A stretch of DNA of 64,000 nucleotides, taken from contig OZ234493.1 in NCBI GenBank assembly GCA_965153455.1, positions 30,680,213 through 30,744,212 of the forward strand. The letters run 5' to 3'. Origin of the DNA: Sphagnum compactum (Eukaryota). The notes under the pieces were generated by a model. The model did not search any database and was not told the DNA's origin. It saw nothing but the letters and a program-made list of their open reading frames with translations. Each line of letters starts with the position of its first letter. Positions within the stretch are counted from its first letter, which is position 1. A program made the position numbers and the translations under genes. Shown piece by piece: positions 50,564-64,000 of the stretch.

Positions 50564-52512
50564 ACGAACTCACCTGGAGCTTGAGGGAGAAGCAACCTTT
50601 TAGGCTTTTTGTTGCATGGTAGGTAGGTACTTTTCTTCAGCAAAGATTTCACATATCCCAAACCAACCGCTCAGCCAGAGGAAGAAATTTGGACTCTTCA
50701 CTTTACAGAAAAGTGTAGGGTAAAGTAAAGCCCCTTGTTCTCAGCTCACATTTTGTGAATTTCCCCTCACCCATGGGCTTTAGTCATCACAAAAGCACGA
50801 GCTGAGCAATTGTGAGGTATAAGAGGGGAAGGTTCTTACACCTATAAGTAGGCATAATTCTCTTTCACTCTCATGGAGTAGACGGAAACTCCCTCCTTTT
50901 TAGAAGGAAAATTCATAAATACCTATAAAGGTTCCTTACAAATACACTAGAAATTTTCTCAAAATGCTTTTAAGACAAATGAACAAAGTTCATTCTTTTT
51001 TTCTTTTTTTTTTCTTTTTCTCCTTTGCCTTTTTTTGGGTTCTTATTATTTTTTTCCCAGCTGACTTTTTTTTCTTCCGCCCCTTCCAGGCCATTTATTT
51101 TCTCCCCGCCACACCTGACCCCAAGTTTTTTTTTTTCCCACTCCTACCTAACTCCCCCACCTACCTACAAGAGCAAGCTGCTACAGAACCTACCTAGTTT
51201 TTTGGGATTAGAAACTAGTTTTAGTTTTTGGGTTTAGCTTGGATTAGGGTTTGAGTTTGCAAAGCTCGAGGAGTGTGAGCTGCATGAAGAGAGGAGGACC
51301 AAACTGGGAGGAGCAAGAGCTTGAAGGTAAGCCTCCTTTTGACCTTTTTTTGTTTTTGTTTTGGCTACACGCTGCTTCCAAGGGGATGACGAGCTACAAG
51401 CTTGTCATCGGGTGTTGTTTTCATAGTGTTTTTTTTGTTTTTTGTTGCAATGTTGTTATTTTTGTGTAGTTCGCAAGCGAAGAGGATAATGATGATGCTC
51501 TCATGTTGTTTTTTTTGGCTACAACACGACTCACAGTGTGAAGAGGAGGACGATGATGACGAATGCGCTAAAGCTTCCACGCATCATCGTCATTTATTTT
51601 AAATGTAGCACAACTTCACGAAAAGGACAATGATGTTCTCGTCATTTTATTTTTATTTTTTGTTGCAACGCAAGTCGCAACGCAAGTCACAATGCAAAGA
51701 GGAAGATGATGATGATGCGTTAAAACGCGTCCTCGTTGATTTTTTTTTGCTGCAACGCCATTTTGCAAAAAGCTCGATCATTTTTTGTTTTTTCATTGTA
51801 GCTTATGGTGGTCATGTTTTTTTTTTTTGATGCACATTAGTGTTGTTTTGTGTGTTGTTTGTGTTTTTGATAGATGAAAACTCAAAAGAGAGGAAGGACT
51901 GATGCCTCTAATTAACAAGCCTCAGTTGAATCTATAGGTGGCATGGAGGTGCAATGAATGAAAAAGATTTGATCGGAAAACAAGCGTAAGCTAGAGTTGA
52001 AGATGTGACTGCATTGATAATGAGTCAGAATATTGAGGAGCAAGTGCAAGCTAGTGCTAATGTTGGGGAAACATTTGCAACAAATGTTAGTAGATGAATG
52101 ACATCCATGTTTATTTCATATGAACCTATGAAAAACAAATTTCGCACAATTATTATTACCAAATCGTGACCCATGAAGTTTGTGATATGGTGATGTGCAT
52201 GTGTCGAATTTGGGCAAGCCAACATTTTTGAATGAGCGGAGAGAAATGGGCACAACGACCTATACCTAGCACACAATGGCCTACCATACCTAGCCTAGCC
52301 CATTCCATAACATGATGGTTTTTATGATTTGCACACTATGCATGTGGGTTTTGCATAATGGGCATGTGAATTTTGAACAATGGTTAGGTCAGGTAAAACC
52401 AATAAGAACTGTCTATTGTGCCTTTTGTAAGAGAACCAAAAAAAAGGTAGAAAATGCAATATGAAAACCATTCTTAGCTTTTAATGTAGTTTTAGTGGAC
52501 TTTAATGCTATG

Positions 52513-52805
52513 TAAACAACTCCTTTTTTATTTTTATGCATATTTTGAGGGATCTCCCTTATTAGAAGAACCTTAGGGCATTATGCCGAGGGAGTTCTCC
52601 CAATTTTATACATTCCCATGTTCCCATGGAAATATTTCTTTTTTACAAAATGGGAAAGAAACGAGGAAATAAAAATAGAGTTGTTTATTTAAGGGGAGGT
52701 TCTTGTACTCGTGCATTCTCTTGAAGTTCGGGAACACCCTCGGCTCACACCCTTGGGTGCGCCTCCCTTAGAAGAACGCACTCATAGAGGAACCTCCCGT
52801 ACAAC
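52513..52805 (+). repeat. ~290-bp dispersed repeat, copy 1 (copy 2 at ~53779-54066)
   Basis: taaacaactccttt...ccttagg.cattatgcc.agggag...cacacccttgggtgc...gaacctcc is present twice. Confidence 0.8.
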
Positions 52806-52986
52806 AAAATGTTAGCCACGGGCCACATGGGCATCCCACAAAGAGGCTCCACACCAAGTCAATAATTTTTTTGGTAAAAGGGTTTTGAAAGAGGATGGTA
52901 TCTTTCATGTAATGTTCTTCCTCTCCTATCAAATGAAAGAAAAACTCTACTGGTTCTTTACACTAGGCAAGGGATGCATGTTGATC

Positions 52987-53293
52987 AGCCTTGCCTACCA
53001 AGGCAAAAAGGATATTGTGTTTAAATTCATTATAGATTATAATAGCTTAAGGGATTTTGACCCCTAGGTAATAGGTCTATTTTTATATGAGGATCTTTGA
53101 AAGTTGATAATTTTGGCTTGTGTTGAAACTTGAGATTAGTTATAGAGTTATAATATTTTGAAGGATTTTGGTTTCTTTTAAAAGATTTTTTGAAAATAAT
53201 ATTTTTGCATGGTGAAATGTTTAAGTTTCCATAATTCTTCTTTTGCCTTAAGATACTTTTTAAATGTAAATGGCAAGGCCACAATGTGACACA
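52987..53293 (+). mobile_element. Repeat family B copy
   Basis: Homologous to 29821-30122 (gccttgcctaccaaggcaa...ggcaaggccacaatgtgacac). Confidence 0.75.
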
Positions 53294-54232
53294 CTCATTG
53301 TTAGGAATATGCATGGTTGATTGGGTGGTTGCAAGATATGGTGGTTCAATTTTGATATCACAATGATTTTTAAAATATTTATGAAAAAAAAATCTGATCT
53401 ATCAATTAAGAATTGATTTTAGACTAACAATTTTATTATGGTCTCATTATTATGATGTCATTTTTGTAATTTTTTTGAAAAAAAAAAAAGTTATTGTTTG
53501 AACATCAATGTCGTGTGCATTGTTTTGACACGAATGTCGTGCATGTTCATATTGTTTATACACAGATGTTGTATGTCTATTCGTGTTGTTTACACACAAA
53601 AGCCATGCACATGACTTCCATGTTTAAATAATGCATGACATTCATGTTTAAACAATACGAACCCATGAAATAATAAATTTTGTATTGATTTGGAATGAAC
53701 CCATGAAGCTTAAAAATTTGTGATGCAGGCACCATGAACTGTACCCAACAAGTTACATTATACAAATTATGTAGGCATTAAACAACTCCTTTTCTATGTG
53801 TATTTTGAAGGATCTCCTCTAGCCGAAAAACCTTAGGCCATTATGCCAAGGGAGCTCCCCCAATTATATATGTTCCCACATTCCCATGGAAATATTTTTT
53901 TTACAAAACAAGAAAGAAGCAAGGAAATAAAAAAAAAGTTGTTTACATAAGGAGAGGTTCCAATACTCATGCATTCTCTTGAGGTTTGGGAACACCCTTG
54001 TGATCACACCCTTGGGTGCCCTTCCATCAAGAGAACACACACATATGGGAACCTCCTCCCTTACAACTTTACAACAGCCCAAGTATGTTGCTGGAATATC
54101 ATTTAGATTGTATTCTCCAAATAAATAAATAAATAAAGAAAAAACACATATCAAAGGAACTAAAGAAGAAGAAAAAAGGACCAAAGTCCAAACAAAAGAT
54201 CCTTTAAAAATGCAAACGCACAATGGGGAGCC

Positions 54233-54500
54233 TTAAGAAGAGAAAACACGAAACCTAGGACCTAACCCATCATCAGTAGCACAAAAATGCAAGTTGTGTA
54301 AGAAGATGGGCGAAAAACCTAGAAGGACACCAAGTTTAGAAAAGGCCACTCTTGCTGCCACAATTGCCCGACATAAGATTGTGGCAACCTGAACTTTTTG
54401 AAGACCCACTAACACCCTACGCTTATAAAATGAACATACAATCAAAAGAGCAAGACCTCCAAAGCCCTTCGCTACATCAATGCCTATCCAAATACATTAA
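54233..54500 (-). mobile_element. Possible 3' fragment of an RLE-type (CRE-like) non-LTR retrotransposon
   Basis: SFYKRRVLVGLQKVQVATILCRA resembles the F.QR.S.ALQR..A..IL.R C-terminal motif of CRE-like ORFs. An A-rich tail is not clearly defined. Confidence 0.35.
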
Positions 54501-57500
54501 GAAATTTCTTATAAGTCTTTATGATTAGAAAAAACTTGAGGATTAATAAATGAATTTTTTTAACACAATCAAGAAATGAATTAACAAATAAGTCTCCAAA
54601 GACTTTTGAGGAATGTTGGGTTTATTTGATTTTTGGGTGAGCACTAAGGTACAAGCTTCAAGAATTTTTAAACGCTCTTAAATGAAAAACTAAATCCATA
54701 GTAGTAGTAGTAGTAGTAGTAGTAGGAGGGAAATACCTTATTGGTGAGGACAATCAAGAAAATAGTGTTCCCCTATGTCTTGAAACATGTTCATCATTGT
54801 TTTTTTTATGTAATGCAAAACTTTATGTAGTCATATTGATACCATAAGGGTTAAGTCTATTGTTACACCTAACTAGCCTTCTATAAAATTTTAACAAGTA
54901 GAGGTTTAGGTTTTTAATTGACCTATTACTAATGCCTTTGGCCAACGTTTTGAGTTTTAATAAGCTACAAATTCATAACCTTCATGTTTGGCCAAGGTGA
55001 ACCTGCACCTACATTACTACTTGCAATGAAAAAAATTAAATGAGTGGATGACCATCAAAAAGTCATCCACTGTCCTTTCATTTAGGCCTCTCCTATGATA
55101 ACCTCCTAATTTGTCATCCTTATTTTTAGCTATCTATTAGATTGGCTTTTAAATAGCTTGTCTATTATGGAGTAAAATAAGAAATGGTTCAAAATTGTGA
55201 TATGTCCACAAAGTTGTAATGTGAAAGGAGATCTTTGTTGGGTGATGCATTAAGGCAAGTATATGAAGGACATGTATCATGTGGGTAGACTTGCACCTTA
55301 TGAGGGAAGGGGGAAGGGGGAAGGGGGAAGAGATTGTTTTGATTTCCTCATGGTGTATGTAGCAGCACCACTTTAAAGCCATATTCTTTGCCCAAAGTCA
55401 TAGTCTTCTATCTTATATGTATGGGGCAAAGGGGAATTCATAGTATATCTTTCAAAGTCCAAATCTTTGGACTTTTTAGAGTTTGTGAACTTACTTTGGG
55501 TTTGAAAAATTTGGTGATTTTGGTGTATTACTTTGGTGACAATTTGATGAAATTGGTGAAGTTTGGTGCAATTTGGTGAATTTTGGAGCATTATTTTTGT
55601 GAAGTTTGATGATTTTTTTGTTTAAATATTTTCAGTATATTTCATTATCAAATATTTAATTCTTCAAAATAAGGAAATTTTAAAAGTCACACTAGTTGGA
55701 AATTAATTTGAATCAAATGAAATTTATTAGTATGTATAAAATTTTGAAAATTTTATATTTTGGATGATATTTATGAAAATTTTAATAACAAATACTATTA
55801 ATATTAGTAATACATTCCATGATCTTTGGCTTTAAATGATAGTTTTAAAACAAATATTCATTATTAGACAACATATACATCAACTAACCATATTAGAAAT
55901 GACTATCAAAAGATCCACAAATCATTGGATAAACTTGTATGCATTATATTGAAATTGTTTAATCATCTTTCCTTTTTTATTTCAATTAGCTTAATCCAAT
56001 GCTTGGATTATGATGTGTGTTGACACTTTCAATTGAAATACTTGCATGTAAAAACAATGGCATGGTCTTCATGTAGTTTACATTTTATTTCATTTGAAGT
56101 TATTTTAGGTTTGCTCCTATGTTGGGATGTTGTGGTGTTTGGCTACTTTGAGGTGAGTGAATAAGACGATGAAAAACATGAACAAGATTGAGTGTAATGT
56201 CAAGTGATGAGTTTCTTGTGTCTATTTCCTTTGGGATGTTAATTAAAGCATTTCCAAGGCACCCTAAAAAGGTAGGCTACCCAAGATTTTGTCCTAGCAT
56301 AATTCTCCATAGAAAAAAAATAGAAAAAAAGGATGAAAACAAAATAATATCAAAACATAATTTTGGAGAATGAATCCTTTAATAAATCTTGAAATATGTC
56401 TACCTCTCAAACACTATGTTTGCTTGAGCTTCAATGACAAAATTGAGACATTTTGTAAAGCAAATTCCCTTGTTTCACATGTCATGCGAATCTATGCAAA
56501 ACCAAATTTCACAAGTCAAATCAGAATTTCACAAAAGAAAGTAAATAAAGTATTAAATGTGGTAGTTGCTTGGAATTGGATATTGTTGAATAAGGTTTCA
56601 ATGTTGCTAAGGGGGAAAAAAAGTTGTTACATAGCTTTAGACAACTAGTGGCCTCCTTGTGTAGACACATGAACAAGTTCATTGAACCCCTTATGTAAGT
56701 TGCATTGCATAAAACATGCAAACCTAGGAGTAGGGTTGGGGGTTGTGGGTAGCAAAAAATATATATGTTATAATACCATCAACATGAACAAAACAAAACA
56801 AATAGCAGTAAGACAAATAACGAACTACAACAACATGAAAAAAATGAACAAGCTGAATGACAACAACAAAACAAGAATAAAATGACAAGGTGAGCAACAT
56901 GAGCATGAACAAAACATTACAAAATGAAAAAGAACAAGATGGCATGTATGATTTGAACACAAGATGAACTTGAGCAACATGCATAGACAATGTACTTTGT
57001 GTAGGGTAAACACTCAAGGTCACTATCGAAATAAGGGCTTGCACAAGGTGGAGTTGAAGTGAACTTGATTTTAATAATGCATGTGGGCAAGGGTGTTACA
57101 AGGTGTAGAAATTGACTATATTTTATTTTTAAAACTCCCATGATACCCAAGATCATTTTTACAAATATGTGATATCATGGAAAAGAAACATTTAATGACA
57201 CAAGGCATTTCAAAAAATGAAATTTTTCTAGGGGCAATCATTCTGTTTTCTAAAAAACTTCAGGGATTCTTACACTTGGTTAAGGTTCTAGCAGATACAC
57301 TAAAAATGCAAGTTTTATGAAATTACGAACCTAGAGTGATAAGGAAGCACATGCGGTGTATTTTGAAACTACAAATATAGATTGACAAGGAATGACAAAT
57401 GTCTGTGATGGTGGTGAGCAACATCACTAATGGAAATTGGCAACACTAATAAGCTAATGGCAACACTAAACTTATAGGATAACAAGGTAAGATGATGATA

Positions 57501-60500
57501 GTAAGGATGCAACAAAAACAAGGCAATGGAAGCAAATCTAAAAACACAAAATGAAAAAATGAAAAATATTTATGCATCATTATCATTAATGATAATCTAT
57601 GCATTTATGCTAAACACTTAGAATAGTTTATACACCTAGATACCTAGGCTACATTACCTACCTACTCAAATTTTTCATCCACATTGAAGGTGCTAATGTC
57701 TTTCATCCTTAAGTTGTACCAATGTAGATGCTAATTCACCCAAGGCCTTCATGTTGACAATTAATGTGACATAAATTACCATGTGTGACAAGGGGATGCA
57801 CAATAGTTACCTAGAGAGACCAACCTTTGTTTTGCCCTCAACCACAAAAGTTCAAATTGCTTTTAGTCCACAATTAAGGACTATTTAAAATATTCTTAAA
57901 CTATTTCAAAATCATGTTAATATAGTTATAAAAACCACCTCCAAAGAATAAATAGACCCTAGCTTTCATCACAAACAATTTTACATTTGGAAGAATTTTT
58001 TCATTGGGTTTAATTACATGCCACCAATTAGTCGTTACCATTACAACTTTGATTCTTCATACTTTTGGGTTTTGTTGTCTTTTGCATTGGATTTAGTTTG
58101 AAATGCTCATATCATCTACCTTGGCAAATTTCAAATTCAAAATATTTTGGGTTGTGTGAATGTGTTAAAAATTGTTACCATGGACTTCACTAAGGCTACT
58201 AACAATTACAAATGTCAAATTTAACAATATTGGCCCCACTTGAACCACAAATTTGGCAACAAATTCCTCAATTATTAAATCTTTTTTGGTAAATACTCAT
58301 GCATGCATTGATAGGTATTGAACACATCATATGTTTTGGGTGGTCAAAGTGCCTTTAGGGGCTATACTTGAAGAGTTGTTCATTTCAAATTGGCACAATC
58401 TTGGCTTTTGATCTCTTCAACTTGTAATTCAATAGTTCTTGGCATTGTGAACTACAAATCCAACAATGGTTTATGTTTGTATATGAATTTGCAAAATCAT
58501 CTCCGTTCATAGTAATACCAGTGTATGTACACAATATTTTGGATGAAATACAATGTTTTAAATAGTGTAAAATTGAGTTTGGACCTTTAAATATGCACAA
58601 GGTATAGTGATTATAAAAGGGCTAGTAAAAGAAAATGATAACTTTTGATAAGCCAACCATAAAGATTGGCCCAAATGATGACATTTAATGAATGCTCATT
58701 TTTTATTGTCCAATTTTTCTTGTTCACAAATGGGCATGTGAAAATAATTAACATTACATGTTCAATATGGTAACCAATGATAGAGCAAATAGAGAGCACA
58801 TGTGGAAATGCCATAAGTAGATTGGTTCAAATTTTGATTTTTGCTGCAAACCATGTGAAAATGAAATTGAAAAGGCCATTGCCCAACTAAACCAAAGGTT
58901 TTCATTAACACATTTTTCAACAACTAAACATCTCATTTTAACAACACTAGGGCTTCCTTTACTAACACCAATTTCACATAATTGTCAATTTCACACCTAC
59001 GATTTGCCCCTTCAACACAACTACATTATTGTTCTAACCCTTTGGGAAATCTTTCATCCCATGCTACAAGTGTATCGTAATGGATCTATAACACAAATTG
59101 TTGAGTTCCTTTACAAAATCAAAAGTGTTAAAAAATTTGATGAATTTATAGTGGTCTAAAACTATAATGCCATGTTGCAAGGCCACACCACAAAGCTTTT
59201 ATTCTATCTCATGTGTTCCATTGTGAAGGCATGCATGTCATTCTCTTCTCACTCATCAATCTTTAATATTGATGACCACAATTTTCATACAACTTTTCTT
59301 TTGCTAACAAATCCAACATCACATTTATTACAACAATTTGTTTGAATTTTTTTTAAAAACACTTGTTATTCCATGTGTTGTTCCATTTTCTTGGATGACT
59401 TATCATGCAACTAGGTTGATAATATAATTGTTGGGCCTCATGCTTAATTCCCCCTATGAAATTTTTCATTAACATTAACTATAGAAGCATGTTATTCATC
59501 CTTGTTGTTACCAAGGGGTGAAATGGAAGGTTAAGCATCAAATGTAGCATTCGTGAAGCAATGGGGAATAATGATGAAATTTAGACATCATAGACTTACC
59601 AGGTTTTGTAAGTTTGTACAAATTTTGTGCAAAATCTGATTTTCATAGGTTCATAAAAAAATTGCATGAATTTCCATTTTATAATTAATATGAACAACAT
59701 TTGTACATATTTAATATCTTAAATATTTAAATAAATGAAACATTGTTTTTGAATGACGTACATGAATGTTGATGTTTAATACACAAAAATTGTATAGTTT
59801 TATGCAAAATTACATTATAATAATTGCACAAATTTAGTTAAAATGTAAATCGTACATACTTCACATCAAGACATCATAAGTGGAAAAGACACACCATTTT
59901 ATTTTATTTTTTTGCGTCATTTTACACTTTGAAACTCATGGATTTTGCACAAACATATTGTTTTATGATTTTGCATGGATTTTATTGAAATTTTATGATA
60001 TTGGAAGTGTGTGATGGACATTTCTTGAACTACTTGCATGACAAAAAATTATCTTTTCATTCTAGCAAATCTTCTTAATCAGCTTTTACAATTTTTTCCT
60101 AAACTTCATCCTAATCATACTTGTGCCATAGATGGACAAGCTTTATTAAAAAAGTGGCCAAGGTTTTTCACAATCACTTTGGTAGAATATAGATTCATGA
60201 TCAAGTAAAACTTGATGGATTTCGAATCATAGGCAAGGAGGGGAAAATTGAGGTGAGGATGAACTTCACAATTAATATTAAAAATGGGATACATTTTCAT
60301 CACTCTTTGTTCATTCAAAAACTGGACAAATAATAAAAAACGCTCACATAGTTCATGATGTTAGGACATTTGGTGATAATAATACAATGAACATTGTTGC
60401 CAAAGTAAGGAGAAAAGAAAGGCGAGACTAGCAAAATATTGATGATGCAAGCATTCCAATAGGGAACACCATAACACCAATTCCTTCTTCAAGTTGCCAT

Positions 60501-60619
60501 TATAGGAGCATTTAAATCATTGTAATTGAAATGCTTTTATGGGACATCTCTAGAATAGTTTTTATACACTTGGTCAACAATGATCATGTCCTTTGAACCT
60601 TAGAACACATAATTCACAA

Positions 60620-61250
60620 TGAGGAAGCCTTAACGGAAGGGAAGAAACTTTGTTGCAAACAAGGAAAGGCAACTTGCATGCTCATTTCTTTGGGTTTTGC
60701 AAGACACTTATGTAGGCAATGGCCAAAAATCAAGCATGTTTGGGATCATGTGAATGCTTATGAAACAAGAATTTGGACAATGTTGACAAGCCAACATTGA
60801 GCTTATAGTGTTGAAAATTATGCATCTATGGTCACATTGAATGAGTCGTTCACATTGCAAGACACATTACAAAAAGTGTTGGATTTGTACAAAGAGAATT
60901 AAGAAAAAAACTAGGCCTTTGCTTTCCTCCATTATTGATTCATACTCAAACAAGTTCTTCATGGCTAGATAACCAAGAGAATGTAAAAAAGGTCACCAAG
61001 ATAAAAACAACCGCTTGCAATTAAACCCATGGACAACAACAAGCATGTCATAATTGAAATTATAGAAAGTGTGCATTCAAGCAAAGGAGCTCTAGTGGCA
61101 ACAAAAATGTCAAAAAAAGGAGATTGGAATGAAAACACAAGGGAAAATGCACTTCCACCACAAGCTCGTGTCACAATAGACATGGTGTAGGCAATAATAA
61201 AAATTGTGATGGTTTTTAAAACCAAGTTGCCCTTGCTTCAAATGGGTCAA
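60620..61250 (+). pseudogene. Second decayed Harbinger ORF1 (Myb/SANT-like) fragment
   Basis: Fragments ERQLACSFL, FWDHV and FAFLHY*FILKQV are colinear with the ORF1 relic at 27120-28250. Confidence 0.5.
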
Positions 61251-61301
61251 CTGGTAAAACCCACTTCACTACAATTTATTTATTTCTAAAAATTACTAGC
61301 A

Positions 61302-61602
61302 CTAGTGTGAACCCGATGCATAATGCACCCGTCGAGCTCCCCCCCGCCGGGTCCTTCCCATTGCCCACTCCGGTTCTTTACCCCGTCGACCCCCCCCCCC
61401 CCGGTCCTTCGCATTTTTCAATCCGATTCTTTAACCCGTTGATCCCCCCCCGTTCCCCTGTTATATATAATTAACTTCCCGCCCCGTGCTGGCCCCCCCC
61501 ACCCCATCACCTATCACCCGCTGCTTCACCGGCCTCTCCCTCCCCCACCCCCCAAAACCCCCATCACAGACAGACGGACTGTCTGAATTAATATATATAT
61601 GA
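61302..61602 (-). mobile_element. Non-autonomous mini-Helitron (301 bp)
   Basis: The minus strand starts TC(ATATATATATT) after an A and ends CTAG before a T. A subterminal hairpin GGTGCATTATGCATC sits ~10 nt upstream of CTAG. No TSD. Confidence 0.75.
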
Positions 61603-63433
61603 TTAACCATCTTTTCACAATATAGGTCTAAGGCCTATCCCCAAGGTGAGGCTTTTCCCAAAATAAAGGCAATAGCCAAGTTTGGTCTTGTATGTTGGGA
61701 ATGTCCCCCACCTGTGGATATTTCCCATCATAATGCATGAGGCAAACATTATTAATTTTAAACTTTCATCCAACTAGTGCACAATGCCCTAGATAAAAAT
61801 ATTGTATATTAATTGCTATGTGTAACCAATTAAAACTAATAACTTGCTTGAAAAGCAGGGCTTGATTATTACCCTTTTTAAAAAAACTTTATATTTATAT
61901 AGCTAAAGAACTTGAAATTTGGGTAAAAAAGAAACAATGGCTTGGTCTGGATGGGAATTTCAATTTCAGCAAAAGATAAATTACACAATCCAAATCCAAA
62001 TCCAAGTTCCACAAAATTCTAAACCTCGAGTCCAAATACCCCAAAATCTAACCCAGAACTTAGTCTTGAATCTAGCAACATTGTTCTTACATCTACTACT
62101 TAAGAAGGGGAGGAATCTTACATCTATAAGTAGACATAATTTTCCTCCCGCACTTAAAAAGTAGGCATAAGATCACTCATCTCCTTGTGTGGTTCTTCGA
62201 TGCCTAGACTAGCATAACCTTAGTCCATACTAGATTATGTATCTAAGTTGAACAACAGTTGTTAATCAAACAATTGACACTATAACAAACTCATCCTCTC
62301 CGTGTATTTGTGCTTTTTTAACACTTTGACAATACATTCGATATTTGGTGTTGATACAGTCATTATATGATCTTATGCTGACATGATAACACATTATGAT
62401 GATCGAGTCAAACATTGTATTATAATGCTATCGTAACATCATTATATCAATGATTGTATCTAACACTTAATTTTTAACACATCATTAAAATGTTGCAAGA
62501 ACTCGTATTCATGGAAGGGACAAATTTGTGTTGAGTTTTGAGTAGGTTTTTGAACCCAGGTCTTTGATGTTTTAGAACCCCAGTTAATCGTCAAACCAGG
62601 TCTATGATCTTTGTCACGTGTTAGAACCAATTCTTTGATTTCCAAAGAATTGCCAGTCAGGTCCAGGGTACACATATACCCTTCCCTCACCGGCCAGTTC
62701 CAGGTTCCAAAAAGAGAGAACTGCCCAGAACTGCCCAGAATCGCTGGAAAGGTCACTGCGTTGTCTTCTGTTTTCACCCATTGCATCAGAACCTGGACGT
62801 TATTTTCCAATTGACTTTCAACAATAGCCTGAGCTTGACCGGTGCATACCCACCAAAAAATCTGTTCCATGCAAGGCTGCAATCTCTATAAGCAGTCTAA
62901 AAAGAATGAAGATGATCTTTCCATGTTCAGATTGTTGTCAGATCTGCACCCAAACTGTGGCTGCACCTAAGAGTTTTCTGCCAAAACAAGAGCAAAATGC
63001 CTGGAAAACCAAGGACTCCCATGCAGAGTTAAAAATTTCTCTAAGACTTGACAGTGCTGATCTGTACACAGAAATGAGCCTTTGTGATAGCCAAATAGGC
63101 CTGAAAGTGGGGTACCCTTGCAGCTTGGCCTAATGCCGATTGAGGATAAATTGGCAGCCTATCAAGTCCTCGACGTGGTGTGACTCTGAAAATCAGTCAA
63201 AAGAGTAGAAATTATCGTCAAATCCAGCGTGAAATTTACAACAAACCTACCTCTAAATGTGTAGCCAAAGATTGCCGAGGTAATGACCATGGCACATGTC
63301 AGCAGCTCTCCAGATATTGAACTTTTTTACCTCCTGCTCCCTGGCACAAAATGCTACAACCACCTTCTTTTGTTAATCCATGTACTTCAATTTAGTTGAT
63401 TTTACTCCCATCCATGTGTTCAGCCCCTGTACT

Positions 63434-64000
63434 TCAGTTGAGTTGATCACTAGCAACCAGGTCTTCAACATAGTCGTACAACACTTGATCATACAATTTC
63501 TTGATCCGTTCCAGGGCTCGCTCCTTGTCCTTTTCTGAGGCTGTGTCCAGTTGAAAGTTTGCCCCAATGAATCGTTCAAATCCAGAATCTGCATCAAACT
63601 GCCAAACACACCACATAAATTTACTGTTCACAATTTTCTCACTGAATCTATGTCCAAATGGTGATGATTCCTGGTTGAAGAAAATGATGGGACTGCTTTT
63701 GATTCAATGAATATGCCACCACCCATTTGAACAGCAAGAAACGTGCACATGCCACAGGAATAGTGAACTACCTGGGCTCGTCCACCAGCCTCAAAAGCTA
63801 ACTTTGCCAAGCTACAAAGATCCACTTTATGGCCAACCACCTGAGGTTTCCCGGTCGGCACTGGCTTGCCTTTGGCCCGCAAATAATCATATACTGTCTT
63901 CACTGCAAATCTCTGGTCCTCAATAGGCGGTGCTCCTGTCACTTCATAAGAGTTTTCCCACATTATTTGGATGACCACCTGTACAACCTTCTTGATGACT
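63434..64000 (-). CDS. 3' end of an ARID/BRIGHT DNA-binding domain protein (partial)
   Basis: An exon runs from the window edge (or from 63978) to 63772 and is spliced GT-AG, phase 0, to exon 63598-63434. The product YDYLRAKGKPVPTGKPQVVGHKVDLCSLAKLAFEAGGRAQ|FDADSGF...ALERIKKLYDQVLYDY matches the ARID pattern (P...g..vDL..L...v...GG / lk..Y.+.L..y). Confidence 0.7.

Noticed and set aside
50950..52100. Low-complexity T-rich / GAT-GAG repeats with short ORFs
   Set aside because: Typical degenerate repeat or TE internal sequence. The ORFs are compositional artefacts and no termini were identified.
58100..59500. Possible decayed transposase on the minus strand (KDZ-like hints)
   Set aside because: Too fragmented to assign by eye. 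It would need a translated HMM search.
62733..62830. Possible extra coding exon (AIVESQLENNVQ) of the ARID gene
   Set aside because: It lies downstream of the in-frame stop at 63434, and I found no donor that bypasses the stop.

Overview
Eukaryotic, AT-rich land-plant genomic DNA with spliceosomal introns, most likely a moss (Sphagnum-like; inferred from gene style and repeat content, not proven). It holds three complete spliced protein-coding genes and one partial gene. These are a DUF2985/PLAC8 membrane protein with a ~104-aa internal duplication (+, 21035-23830), a SLAC1/SLAH S-type anion channel with a very long N-terminus (-, 33682-30692), a BODYGUARD-like alpha/beta hydrolase that needs a GC-AG intron (-, 46396-43304), and the 3' end of an ARID-domain gene (-, window edge to 63434). 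Most intergenic space is decayed and nested transposons: hAT-like transposase relics with CACTA mini-elements inside, a 5'-truncated L1-like LINE inside a MITE, PIF/Harbinger relics, several MITE families, a mini-Helitron and satellites. The least explained feature is a 4-copy GC-rich repeat array with a 15-bp palindrome and ABRE/CGCG motifs directly upstream of the SLAC1-like gene. I found no CRISPR array, rRNA or tRNA, and no clear evidence for a wholly new biological system. All gene models were hand-spliced from the sequence and need transcript confirmation.
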